In this document: piece by piece, positions 38,346-50,257 of the stretch
Numbering within the stretch: position 1 is the first letter of the stretch
Layout: each line of letters begins with the position of its first letter
Assembly: GCA_028023455.1 (NCBI GenBank)
Contig: JAQFVV010000008.1
Location: 17,360,001-17,424,000, forward strand
Direction: 5' to 3'
Length of the DNA stretch: 64,000 bases
From: Epiperipatus broadwayi
Taxonomy: Eukaryota; Animalia; Onychophora
Position numbers and translations under genes: made by a program
Notes under the pieces: generated by a model
The model's database searches: none
Told to the model about the DNA's origin: nothing
The model's input: the letters and a program-made list of their open reading frames with translations, nothing else

Positions 38346-41179
38346 ATTATTTAAAATTGCTTGGAAAAGGGATGTTACATTGAATAATTTATTAACTAAT
38401 ACAAATAGTAATAATAAAAAGTCAGATGCCACGTGACTTATATATAGTTTGCACTTACAAATATGTAAAATTAAGAGCATGCTAAGGAAATTTTTGATAG
38501 AAAGACTATTCCTGGTGTAGTAAGAAGGTCTACATAAGTCAGAGTAGTTTGAGTTTAAATGAAAGAATAAAGATTCATAAAAGTAGAGTTAAAAATAGAT
38601 ATCTTAATTCTACTTTGTATGTCCATGAAAAAGATACAGGCCACACTATTAATTTTGATGGAGCTAAGGTTGTCTTCTTTGAGAGAAATGAAATTAAAAG
38701 AAAATTAAAGAATCTTTATTATTGAAAATATATTATTCTGAAGCAATTAACTTATTTAAGAGTTCTTTTAATATTAAAGGTGGATGGGAAGTGAATGGAT
38801 TTGTGGGTAATGTTTAATATTATATATATTGTGTAGTTTTTGTAGTTCTTTACACTTGAGAAGTCTTCTTGTAGCAGTGAAACCTTTGGTTGTGTTTTAA
38901 TATTATTTTTTTGCTGGTCTGGTTGAATTTTGGATTTGGTGTAATTTTAATTATATATTGACTAGTTTAGCTTTATGCTTGTAATGTTTAGATTATGATA
39001 ATACATAAACTTTTCACATACGTATCCATGATTAATAGATACATCATATTTTTTTAATACTATATTAAATAAATACTTGTTTTAATAAAATTAAAACATT
39101 AAAATGATTTTTTTTTATTCATTTATATAAAATAATTGTTTAACTAATTATTTTTATTAATATGGAAACAATCTTAGGTCAATATCATATCCTAGCAACT
39201 AAACACAAAGGAAATAATTTTTTAGAATCCAATTATTAATTATAATAATTAATAATAGAATAAGAAATTATGAAAAGCATATAGTATATTCAATATATGC
39301 TACTAGAAGTCGATTCTACTATAAATACAGGATCAAATAATTTAAAAATTAATCCTATCTTTTGTCAATGTACTCTAGATACTATGCTTAATCATTTTGC
39401 TGTGTTCAAAATCAGAACATACTAAAAGATGGATCAATAGTTTGAACAAACTTTCTTATTGATATAAAATTTTCATTATAAAGAACTTTTAACGTCACTC
39501 AATAAAAATAGTAAATAAATTACTCTTAATTATTATTAATCATAACTTCAGAATGAAATTATAGCTATTTTTCATTTATTAATTAAAGAAACTTGTAAGA
39601 TCATTCTAAACCAGTATTCTAAGAAGACAAATTTAGTCAATAAAAAACATTTGCATATTAAATATTTTAAGAAGATAAAATAATAAGAATGCATCATGGG
39701 TAAACACCACTTGTCATAGGATAAAATGCTATTGTTTAACTGAAATCAATGTAATTTTATATTCCTACTAAATGCCTAAAGAATATGTGTATTGCATCTA
39801 TATAATTCAAAATACAATTTCAATTGGTAGCAAAATAACTTGATGTCAACTTCACACAATAGAACGAATCCTAAACAACAGAATATTCTGATTGCCTCTT
39901 CAATAGTTGATAACCAAAGAACATATCATTAAGGAATATTTTGAATCTCATTATGAAAAGGAATAGGACAATTCCATCGAACTTAATACATCTTATAATA
40001 TTTATGTGCTATATGCCTTTGATATCTAAAATTTATTTCCTTTGTTTCCAAGACCCGTTTATGTTGGAATACTCCATTCAACAAAATTATTAGATGAAAA
40101 GGAATGGAAAAATCATTGCTTTACACGTTTTTTTTATTTAATAAAATTTAGATCTTCTCATTTTTTTTTTTTGTAAAAATGATATTGACTGATGTCAATT
40201 TAAAACAAATTCAATATGAAAGTAAGATTTTATTATTCTTTATATTGAACTTATTTATGTCATGACAGAACAGAATTTTGTTTATTACTAACTCAAATAA
40301 TGTGATAATATTTGTTTATTATTTTGTATGTATAATTAACATCCTTGAATGAAAGATCTTTATTTCATAATCATGACCATACATAAAGGGGGTATTTATA
40401 AATTGGAATTCCTTCGCAACGATTGTATAATCTAAATCATCATTGTTATATATATTGTTAAAATGAAATTTAGTTAGTATGATTATAATTTAAAAAAAAA
40501 AAAAATTGTATTTACTAAATTATTAAAATGTGTTTGTGTTATGATATATATATCTACTATAGAATATGGGAAGGTATTATTTAATTTATCATAAATAGTA
40601 GAAATATCTGCAAACCTGTAATAATAATTTTTTTTTCTTGTCACCTGAAATCCAATTAAATTGTTATTTGGTAATAAATATGTTAAATTTTATTCTAATC
40701 TCAAGGAGTTCTCTGATTTATTTAAGTTATTTTTCGAATTAAAATAATATTGAATATGCATAGCCATACATATATGCCACATTAACTTAAAATCCTGATA
40801 TTTGATTGAAGTTATTTACAAAATTCCATAGATTATATTAATTAATATTATGATTGTAGTACATAGATGGTAATCCCTGAAGAGAGTTAATTGTGAAGTC
40901 GTCCCTGAGTTGAATTCTGAGCATAGCGGAACAATCAACAAAGGTGAAAATTGGATGAATTTATCTAGGTTGTGTCTGTATTAGATAAGTTAATACTAAA
41001 TTATCTTGTTTAAGACATTCAATTTTGGATTGTGATTAGATCAGATCATCCATAGCATCCTATATGAAGACCCTAACTCCGATTATTGTTAGATGCGACC
41101 ATCTTGATTTCCTGGAGGTTAATCCATACCATTACAATATGGTAACACAACAAATGTATCAGCAAACTTTAGGTAGAAT

Positions 41180-42830
41180 TGGTATAGTATTTATGGTTGA
41201 TTTTTTTTGGAAGCATTTTATCTTAAATTGAAAATATATTGTTATGCAGAATGTTAATAGTTCCACTATACTCTTAATACAAATAATTATTCTGGTATAT
41301 AAGCTGTTATCATCATTTATTTTTTTCTTTACAATAGATAATTCTTCATCACATTGTACATTTGTAAAAAACTTTCCACATCAAACATATGTCAATTGCT
41401 TCAATTGTTCTGTTCTTGACTAATTCTACAAAGTGTTTAGACTCCCTGACAAAGGACTGTGTCTTGTTTGCCAAAGATCTAAGAACTTAAAGAAAAAATC
41501 TTGTCATGTTTTGGCAAAGTGAATTTCTAGAACTAATAATAGATCTTAATGAAACATTTTCTTTATGGATTTTAGATAGACCATAAGAATGAGGGATTTA
41601 ATTGAAATGTGATATTTTGCTTTTTTCTGAATCTCTTAAATATCTGCAATGCTTTCTGAGCAATACTTGTAACTGTATTTCTATTTTGGGCATCAGATTT
41701 TTGTCATTTTATTGTATTGGCCTATTGTGAGGAGCTCTTGTACTTTATCATAATCAGTTATATTCAGTGTTTGCCTGAAAGTTTCTGATAATAGTATTTT
41801 AGTATTTATTATGTGTTGGACTATTTCCATCATCTATCATTAAATATTTAATACAGTACTTTAGAAAAAAGTTTAAATTTTATTTAAACTTTCCAATTAC
41901 ATTCAACTGTTAGTAATAGCACACAAGTTAGTATATTACACAACATTTTGAATGATATTTCTCTCTCTTTTTCAGGTGTTGCTGGTTTGACCAATGACTA
42001 TACTAGCATGGGATCAAATCCTGGACCTTTAGATTCTTGAATATTGAATTTTAAGATAAATGTTCTAACTAACTGAACTACTCTATCAAATGTAGCAGTT
42101 GGTAGAAATTTTATATATTTATTTATGAGAGTTCTCCTGATTTTTCTATTTTTTCCTAAGAGCAAAGTTAATTAGTGGCTTCCATATATTATGTATTGTC
42201 ACACTAGGTTTACTTCTGGGATTATTTGTCATTGTCAAGTGAACAGCTTCTTTGAATTTTCTTTTTTATATCTTTTCCTTTCTATCCAATATTTGTGCAT
42301 TTTTCCAATGGAACATATGTTTATTGGTATATACATGGTTTGTTACTTTAGATATATCAGTTTTCTCGTACCTAATCATCACTTTTTTAATCATCAGTTT
42401 GTGCTCTTCCGATCACTTTTCAATGGGGCGACTAATCTCATTAATGTAAATCCTTCCACATTCATATCATATTTCATAGATGCAGTTTTTGTTTTCAGTA
42501 TTTTAAGTTTGGACTTTCTGGATGTTAGAATTTCTCTTAATGTGGAACGACTTTGAAAATTTGTTCTGATATTAAATTGATTGTAGATTTTTTTTTGGTT
42601 TGTCTGCTATTCCTGGTATATATGGATACCCTATAGTATTAATAATAGTTTTTTTTCTTTTGAAAATTCAAAAAAAAATGTTCACATGACAATGGAAATA
42701 ATCTCATAAGTCAAGCCATGGTGGCAATACATAATATATGGCAGCCACTAATTAACTCTGCTCTTAAGAAAATGTGGAGAAATCAGAAAGATTCTCATAG
42801 ATCAAATTTTAAGCAAAGAAGGGGAAAGGA
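41180..42830 (-). mobile_element. Penelope-like element 5' part: inverted fragment, upstream pLTR (EN and 3' end copy) and RT N-terminal half
   Basis: 41810-41180 PHSYGLSKIHKENVSLRSIISS, FDVESFFTNV, ELLTFC.YFQF; 42660-41860 NCIYEI.YECGRIYINE..EEHK; 42670-42830 is an inverted copy of its 3' end. Confidence 0.8.
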
Positions 42831-43393
42831 AATTAAAAAAACATGTTATGAATTTGGTGGGTAATATTTTTTTATAATATTATAGTAGTATTCTGAACAA
42901 CATTTGAATAATAATACAAAAATTCAAATGTTTGTTTTTAATATTATTTGAATAGATATTTAATATATTGAAAAGTTAAAACAATTCTCTATAATCTTAA
43001 AAATATAAAGAGTGCAAGTTCAGACGTAGTATCTGAAAAAATTTTGAAATTGATTTTGTTGAATGGGTTGCTTCCAGTCATGGATGAATTTTAGAAAATT
43101 TAGAAGCACTATAAATAGTTTTTGTTACTAGGCAAATGTAAAGAAAGTGCCAGGAATAAAAGAGTAATTTATATCTTGTTTTTATTGATTTAGTTAGAAC
43201 ATCAATTTTATTAATTGAACAAATCTGTGGTTCTGTTCAAAATTAATTGATTTGCACCCAAATTTATTTTTTATATAGCTGCTACTTGATGGAATGAGAA
43301 AAAGTATTATTATTTCAGATCGAAAATCAGGCATTTGAACTGAAAATTCATGATAAACAAGAATATATATTCTTTATCTTTGATTTTGATTTT

Positions 43394-46300
43394 TGCTTTG
43401 TCCAGGGTGATCTAAGAGGGCACTTACCATAAATACAGATCACCACTACACAGTTAATATTTAGATAATTTAATTTATGATTAATAGTATTTAAATTATT
43501 TATCTACATACAGTTATTTTATATAATAAGGCACGAAGGCATACATAAATAATAATGTAGATCAATATGACCTGTAAGAGTCCTAGCTGGCTATTCCTAC
43601 ATTCAGAGGCTAGCTCTCTGCACTTGAAGTCACTGTGCCAAGGGAGACATTATGCTCCAGCTTAATGTCTGTGTGCACAGTTCCAAGAATCAAGTGTCCT
43701 TTTCTTGATTCACTTTGCACTGAGTTCATTCGTTGTTTTAATCCCTGAAGTTGATTGGCTTGTATTCTCGTCCATCCACTCGGGTGATTCTTCCTTTCAC
43801 TGCTCCATGCTGGATACAAGAATTTAAATCATTATCTCTCTATCTTTAATTAATGAGTTATTTTTTAGCTTATAATTTAAACTCTAGTTCCTTTAATTGT
43901 TTTATATCTCATTATTGTATTGAATTCCACTCATTAATTAAACTGTTTTTACATTTAGAAAATAATCATTTTTCTAATGTTAAAAGTTATAAATAACTTT
44001 TATTTCCTATTTAAAAGAATCAGTCTTTTAAAATTCTTTATTTTATTTAAACTTACTACTTATTTTCATTAGTAATTTATACCTATATATGTGCATTTAA
44101 GCATACGCATATATATCATTACTCCCCCCAAGTTCATAGATGAGGTTTTATCTCTCACCTTACTACGAGTTATTAAGATACATGGGATTTTTTTATCTTC
44201 CTTTTAGCACACTGTTGTGAATTATGTTTCAACTCACTAGGTGCATTCTCTGGAAATGTAGTTGTTTGAAAATCATAAACATTTTTATTTTTCATCATGT
44301 CTATGCTAATATCTGGCCATCAGATATCACTAAGGGCAAGAGCTTTTGCTCTGCCGATCCAGCCACTTTACTACACGCTGCTCACCCTTGACTGATGTTG
44401 GCATAAAATCTCTTTTATAATGCAGCCTTTGTGTACCAAGAATTGTTTCCATGCATTCCATGGTTCTTTGTAAAGGAAACAAGGACATTGTTATGGTTAG
44501 CTTTCTCGAATCTGCTTCATAATCCATTGGTAGCCTTTGTCTTCGGCTGCCCAATGAGCTACAATTTTATGTTTTACTCTTGATTTCAGTATGTCTTTGT
44601 TCTTTGTTTCCTTATATTTCTGGTCATCACGGAGCTTCTCTGACTTGATTTTTTTTAATTACTGGCTGCTGGAAAAGTTTTTTCTCTCTGAGTATATTTT
44701 ACCCAAATTTATCTTGATCCCCTCGAATAGTTTTTTTCTGTCGGGGCTATTAATTTTTTTTGCAATTGTTATGGAGCATGTACTACATATAGTGGTAATA
44801 CAGTAATTTTGCTCTAACTTTCATGTATTGGCACTTCAACTACACCCTTTATTCTAATGGCATTACTGTTCATATCTAACACCTTTAGGTCAGTTTTTTG
44901 TATAATGGGTCTTTTCCTACACTTGGAAGTAACAGTATACCAATTGTGGACTGATATCAATGATACTCCGCTACCACTGTTGACCTCCAGAAATATGGGC
45001 TGGTCATACAGTTTTAGTTTTAACATTATTTTGTCATCATTGGTGGATATTTTTTTAATGTTGGTATGCTGAATTGCCTAGCCGTGATATGAACATTTAT
45101 AACTATTACTTTCCTTGTTGGGATCGTTAAGTTTTTCTTTACACATTATTTCCATGTGCCCTCTTTTTTACAATTTTTGCAGTGTTCTCTTTTATGAAGA
45201 CAGTTTCTGGCTTTGTGGCCCTTTTCCCCACAGCAAAAACTTATAAACAGGTTTTTCCTGTTAGCACTATTATCATTATTTTTCAACAATTCTTTATGGT
45301 TTTACAAATATCTGTTTGCAATTTGCTATTATTATTGAATTCGGTGAATTTTCGAGATTGCTCAGCACGAGTTCATAAGCTATCCCACATTTTATAGCCT
45401 CTATATAATTTAAATCAATAATAGCCAAATTGTTCTTGTAAACCATCGTTAAACATACCAGTAAGAAATTGTTCCAGAAGGGCTTCATCTAGGAAAGATC
45501 CATAGACACAATTCTTTGCTAAATTACAAAGAGCACTATCATAATCTTTTAAACTTTCATTCCAACCTTAGTACTGTACTCAGAATTGCAGTCTAGCAAC
45601 TTGCTTAGAGGGTTGGGGATTAAATGATTTGACAAACGATTTTTAATCTGATCTTATGAACCATCTTCAGGAGTTAGAGGTTCTGCAAGCCTTTTAGCTA
45701 TCTTAATAACTCCTTATCCAGCAAAGCATAATAATGAAGCAATCTTATAATTATCATCTTTAACTTTATTAATAAAGCATAATAATGAAGCAATCTTATC
45801 GTCTTTAACTTTATTAACGAATAAGTATTTTTCCACATGTTAAACATACAGGTACCAACTACACCTGGGTCTCTTTTTACGCGGACTTATTTAACGCGAT
45901 TTTGAAGTTACGCGATTCGTATTTCACCGGAAGTGTGTTAAATAAGTCTGGTAAAAAGAGACCCACGTGTATGAACTCCGATAATGCGCTATTACTTTAA
46001 ATAATAAATTTCGTGCACTTACGTTATATTGAAAGTAATAGCACATTATTGGAATTCGACTTTCATCTTAGTAATTTCAATATTTTCAGTACTTTATAAT
46101 AGTAAGATTTTATGCAATAATGAAATTAAAATCATAATTTCCACACTTTATGTATACACACCTTAAATTTTACAAGATTATAATGTAAATTTGTTCAAAC
46201 ATTGTACGTGTTAATTTTGCATTTTAAATCACATTCTGTTTTTGCTTTTTAAAAAAGAACGTAATCAATTATTAATCATTTAGTGTCCACAAGTTTATTT

Positions 46301-47828
46301 TTAAAAGGTCAGTAATAGCAGTGGGCATAATTAAATTTGACAATTAAAAATTAAAAAACCGGTTTATAGTTGTAATTAACAATTTAAAAATTACTTACTG
46401 CGAGTTGAAATTAATGTGAAATTTGATTTTCAAACCGAAGTGAAAATTAAAGACAAAAATAAGAATTTAATTTTTAGTTGTTAGTTTCATAAACAATTAA
46501 TAAAATCGTCTCAAAGATTTATTACTAATTACGTTGTCACCAGAAAACCACTGTTACAACATGAGTGTGAATTTGGCGCTAGTTGTTTGCAAACGAACGT
46601 GTGTTTTTCGGCAAATATCAATAATAATTAAAATGTGTATAAAAAAAATGTAAATTATGCATAAAAATATATTATTTTGAATAAAATTATATATTATAGT
46701 TAAAAAAAGTTTGTCTTGTATCAATTTTTTTTAAATTTGAAATTTTTTATTAGTCATATTTTATTTCCTTATTTTTTTTTTGCGCGAATTTTAAAGTAAT
46801 TTTATGTTGGTGCTTTGCTTTTATACAAATTTTGAAAAATCACAGACCGCATCCCCTCTTTTTCAATGTAAGTTACGTCTATTTTTGCGCGATTTCATTT
46901 GCGCGTGTTTTCTGAGGAGCCTATCTATCGCGTAAAACGAGACCCAGGTGTATTTGCCTCACTGACGTCAAATTCACCAATTGTTACTTGCATTGCCTAA
47001 TCGTTCCTTTACCTAAATTTATCCATTTAATATAAGTTGATTAAGAGTTCAAATCAAGACTGTGACTGCGCGAATGTCTACGTCTAGCTGATTTAAGAGA
47101 GCACTTCCCTCAAGTACAAATCACCACTACACATTTAATATTTAGATAATTTAATGAACGATAATAACATTTTAACTATTTATTATATATGATTATTTTA
47201 TATAATAAGGCCCGAAGACGTATATAAATAATAATGTAGATCAATAGGACCTGTAAGAGTCCTAGCTAGCTGTTCCCATGTTCTGAGGCCAGTTCTCTGC
47301 ATTTGAAGTCACTGTGCCAAGGGAGACATTCTGTTCCAGTCTAATGTCTGTGGATACAGCTGAAATTCCAAGAATCAAGTGTTCTTTTTTTGATCCAATT
47401 TGCACTGTGTTCATTCATTGTTTCAATTCCTGAAGTTGATTAGCTTATGTTCCCGTCCATCTGCTCAGGTGATTCTTTCTTTTACTGCTCCATGCTGATA
47501 CAAAAATTTAAATCAGTATCTCTCTATCTTTAATTATTGAGTTATTTTTTAGCTTATAATTTATCTCGTGCAGGAAATCTAAACTCTAATTCCTTTAATT
47601 GTTTTATATTTTATTATCATATTGAATTCCACTCTCATTTATTAAACTGTTTTTACATTTAAAAAATAATCTTTTTTCTAATCTTATAAGTTATAAATAA
47701 CTTTTATTTCTTATTTTAAAAGAATTAGTCTTTTAAAATTCTTTAATTTATTTAAACTTATTACTTATTTTCATTAGTAATTTATACCAATATATGTATG
47801 TGTATTTAAGCCTTTTACATACATATCA
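43394..47828 (-). mobile_element. Ty3/gypsy LTR retrotransposon 2, internally deleted, with nested MITE
   Basis: LTRs 43394-44118 and 47075-47828 (TG..CA); PPT CTTGGGGGGAGTAA at about 44119-44132; PBS-like TCGCGCAGTCACAGT at about 47059-47073; protease VNSGSGVS (44814-45026); RNaseH-like EKNYS; TSD ATTTT on both sides. Confidence 0.88.
45862..46950. mobile_element. Non-autonomous Tc1/mariner-superfamily (pogo/Tigger-like) MITE
   Basis: TIRs CACCTGGGTCTC(T/G)TTTTACGCG (1 mismatch in 22 bp), TA duplicated at 45860-61 and 46951-52; removing it restores gag sequence colinear with 5046-5082. Confidence 0.88.
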
Positions 47829-47859
47829 ATTTTTATGATAGTAGTTGTTGATATTGCTT

Positions 47860-48750
47860 ATAAGTGACTTTCATGAAGCAGGTGTCAAGACATGATACAC
47901 ATTTGATGGTGGAATTTTTAATTTGAATATTAAAAACAAAACAAGAACTCCAGAATTTTGATTTTTGGATTTAAAGTATGTTTGTAATTGTATTATTCCT
48001 ACCAATTCAAAAGACAATTTACAGAATGTTCTTAATGTTTTGAATGCAAAATGTAAAGACTTTATTTTATTAATTAATATTTTAAAAAAAAAGACCAAAT
48101 TGTTTAGCAGCCAGTGATAGGAGAAAAACCTTCATCAACTGTTAGTTTGATTGTTTATCAATTTGAGAAGTTACTCTAATTTAAATATCTTGATAGCTTT
48201 TAAATATAAAGACAGTTTAGATGTTGACATTCAATATAGTTGCATTGTGCTGCTGTTGCATGTAACACTTTAAAAGATATATTATTTTATTATAATATCA
48301 TAACTACTGCAACTAAATTAGTTATATGTAAACTATTATTTTATTAAATTTATTGTATAGAAATGAGAGTTGGATCCCTGTCAACATAACATGAATTCAT
48401 TAAAAAACTTTGATGATCTGAAAAGACCAAAGAATATTATGAAATGGATATGTAAAATGAATGATAAACTGATTTTCTAAAACCTTAACCATGGCTTTTA
48501 TGGGAGGGCAGATCCTTTTTATATAGTAATGATTACCTCAATGATATTCTAAAACAAAACAATTTTCATTGCTTTTATTGGGGAGGTAGAGTTGAATATA
48601 GAATACAATGGAGAGCTACAATTAGAAAGAAAAGTTTGTTGCAGAAAAAGCTAAAAGGCAGCATCACAGAATATCAAATAACAGATTAATAGACCAACAT
48701 GTTATATAGGATTTGTATAGTCATTGCAAAATTCATCTTTAATATATTAT
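47860..48750 (+). mobile_element. RTE LINE RT and 3' remnant
   Basis: GVKT*YTFDGGIFNL..KTR...LKYV..I..NSKDNLQNVLN matches the RTE-BovB GV.I.YR.DG.LFNL...LLYADD..DLQ region. Confidence 0.65.
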
Positions 48751-50074
48751 TGTTCTGCTCTTCTGTATTTTTTTTTTTTTTTTGAGTTGAAATAGCTTTA
48801 TTCTTTTATAAGTAGCTGCTGATAATGACTAAAGTTAAAAATACTTACAATGATATTATAAAGTAGAGTGATTTTAATCATAGATAAATTATTACCACCA
48901 AAGAATTAGTGTGGTTTTAGAGAATCAAAAAGCACTGCTGACATTAGCAGACAATTGCAAGATGAATGTTAACAAATAAAGATATGATTTATATATTTCA
49001 TTTATCAATTGGGTAAAATTATTTGTTTTAGTTAATCAAAAAGATTTGTAACCTGTTTCTACAAAAAGAAAATATCTGGGACATTTCAAATGAAAACTGA
49101 TATTAAAAACAGATTATTTCCAACTTATTCATTTTTTTTATCGTCTTCTTTATAAAACAGATATCAATGTGTAGTACAAGTTGCCAAGAACTTTGTCTTT
49201 TGTTTTTTGGATTTACACTATGCTCATGTTGTATTAGTCTTATCAATTTAAAAAAAAAAAAATCTCAAAATGCTTTTAATGTTTTGATTGCATTCTACAA
49301 AAGCTTTGATTTAATAATTAATGTACAAAATTTTCAGATACTTTCTCTGTCAGTGAAGAAAAATTTAGAATTTTTAAGTTGAATCATAATGGCTGCTATT
49401 GATAACAATATAAATCCAGAGGGAAAAATATTTTTTTTATTTTTATTTTTTTGGTAGCCATTTTTATTGCTCATAGAAAATTATCACCATTTTGGTATTA
49501 GTTTTTTGATAAAGTAAAAAAAAAAATTTGCACTTCCAAGATCTGCTGCTTCTCAGTTTAATGTTCACCTAATATTATATAACAGATATTTATAATAATA
49601 GTATGTGTTTTATATTTATGTATATATTTTTTAGATTATAAACATAATTATTTACTTTTTTATATATGTGCAATATTTATACTAATATTAACACACATAA
49701 TCCAGATTAAAGCAAGATTCTTTTTAACAACATGTAAAACTATTTATTAGGAAAATTATGATGGTATTTTGATATTGAAAATATACTAGCAACAATATTT
49801 TAAAAGTAAATTGAAAGTGGAAAAATTTTTGAAAATAATTCTTTACATTTTTTTCTTATTATTATAATTGATAATGATTCCTATTTTGCTTTCCTTAAAA
49901 ATTACAGATTTTTAATTGAAGTAAGAGATAAATATAATTATTTATAATAATTAAAATCTTGTTTGTTGATTTGTAATCTTCATTAATTATAATCATTTGT
50001 ACTTTTTGTTCCTTTGTAATAAATTTAATATATTATTTTACTATGTGTATTTTTTTATATATATATATTTTAAG

Positions 50075-50148
50075 ATGCTGAAAATGTGTTAAAACAACCA
50101 CAAGTTATTAATAACAATAAATTAGATGTCAGCTTTTGGAAAGTTGAA
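50075..50148 (+). CDS. Exon completing the RRM-like domain
   Basis: TTAAG acceptor and GAA|GTAAG donor; phase 1 fits the 36713 donor, giving FEDII-D-AENVLKQPQVINNNKLDVSFWKVE, the expected RRM helix 2 and strand 4. Confidence 0.8.
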
Positions 50149-50257
50149 GTAAGATTTATAGTAATAAATAAAAATGTAAAATTTTAATGTTAGTATTAGT
50201 TGTTATTGTATTTTAAATATCATATGAAAATTGTCAAATCTGTGTTGATATATATAT

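Larger units (their letters stand above)
37846..38954. mobile_element. Young Penelope-like element 3' fragment with inverted duplication
   Basis: Arms 37846-38345 (minus) and 38489-38954 (plus) are near-identical reverse complements apart from a deletion in the plus arm; GIY-YIG ORF present. Confidence 0.88.
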
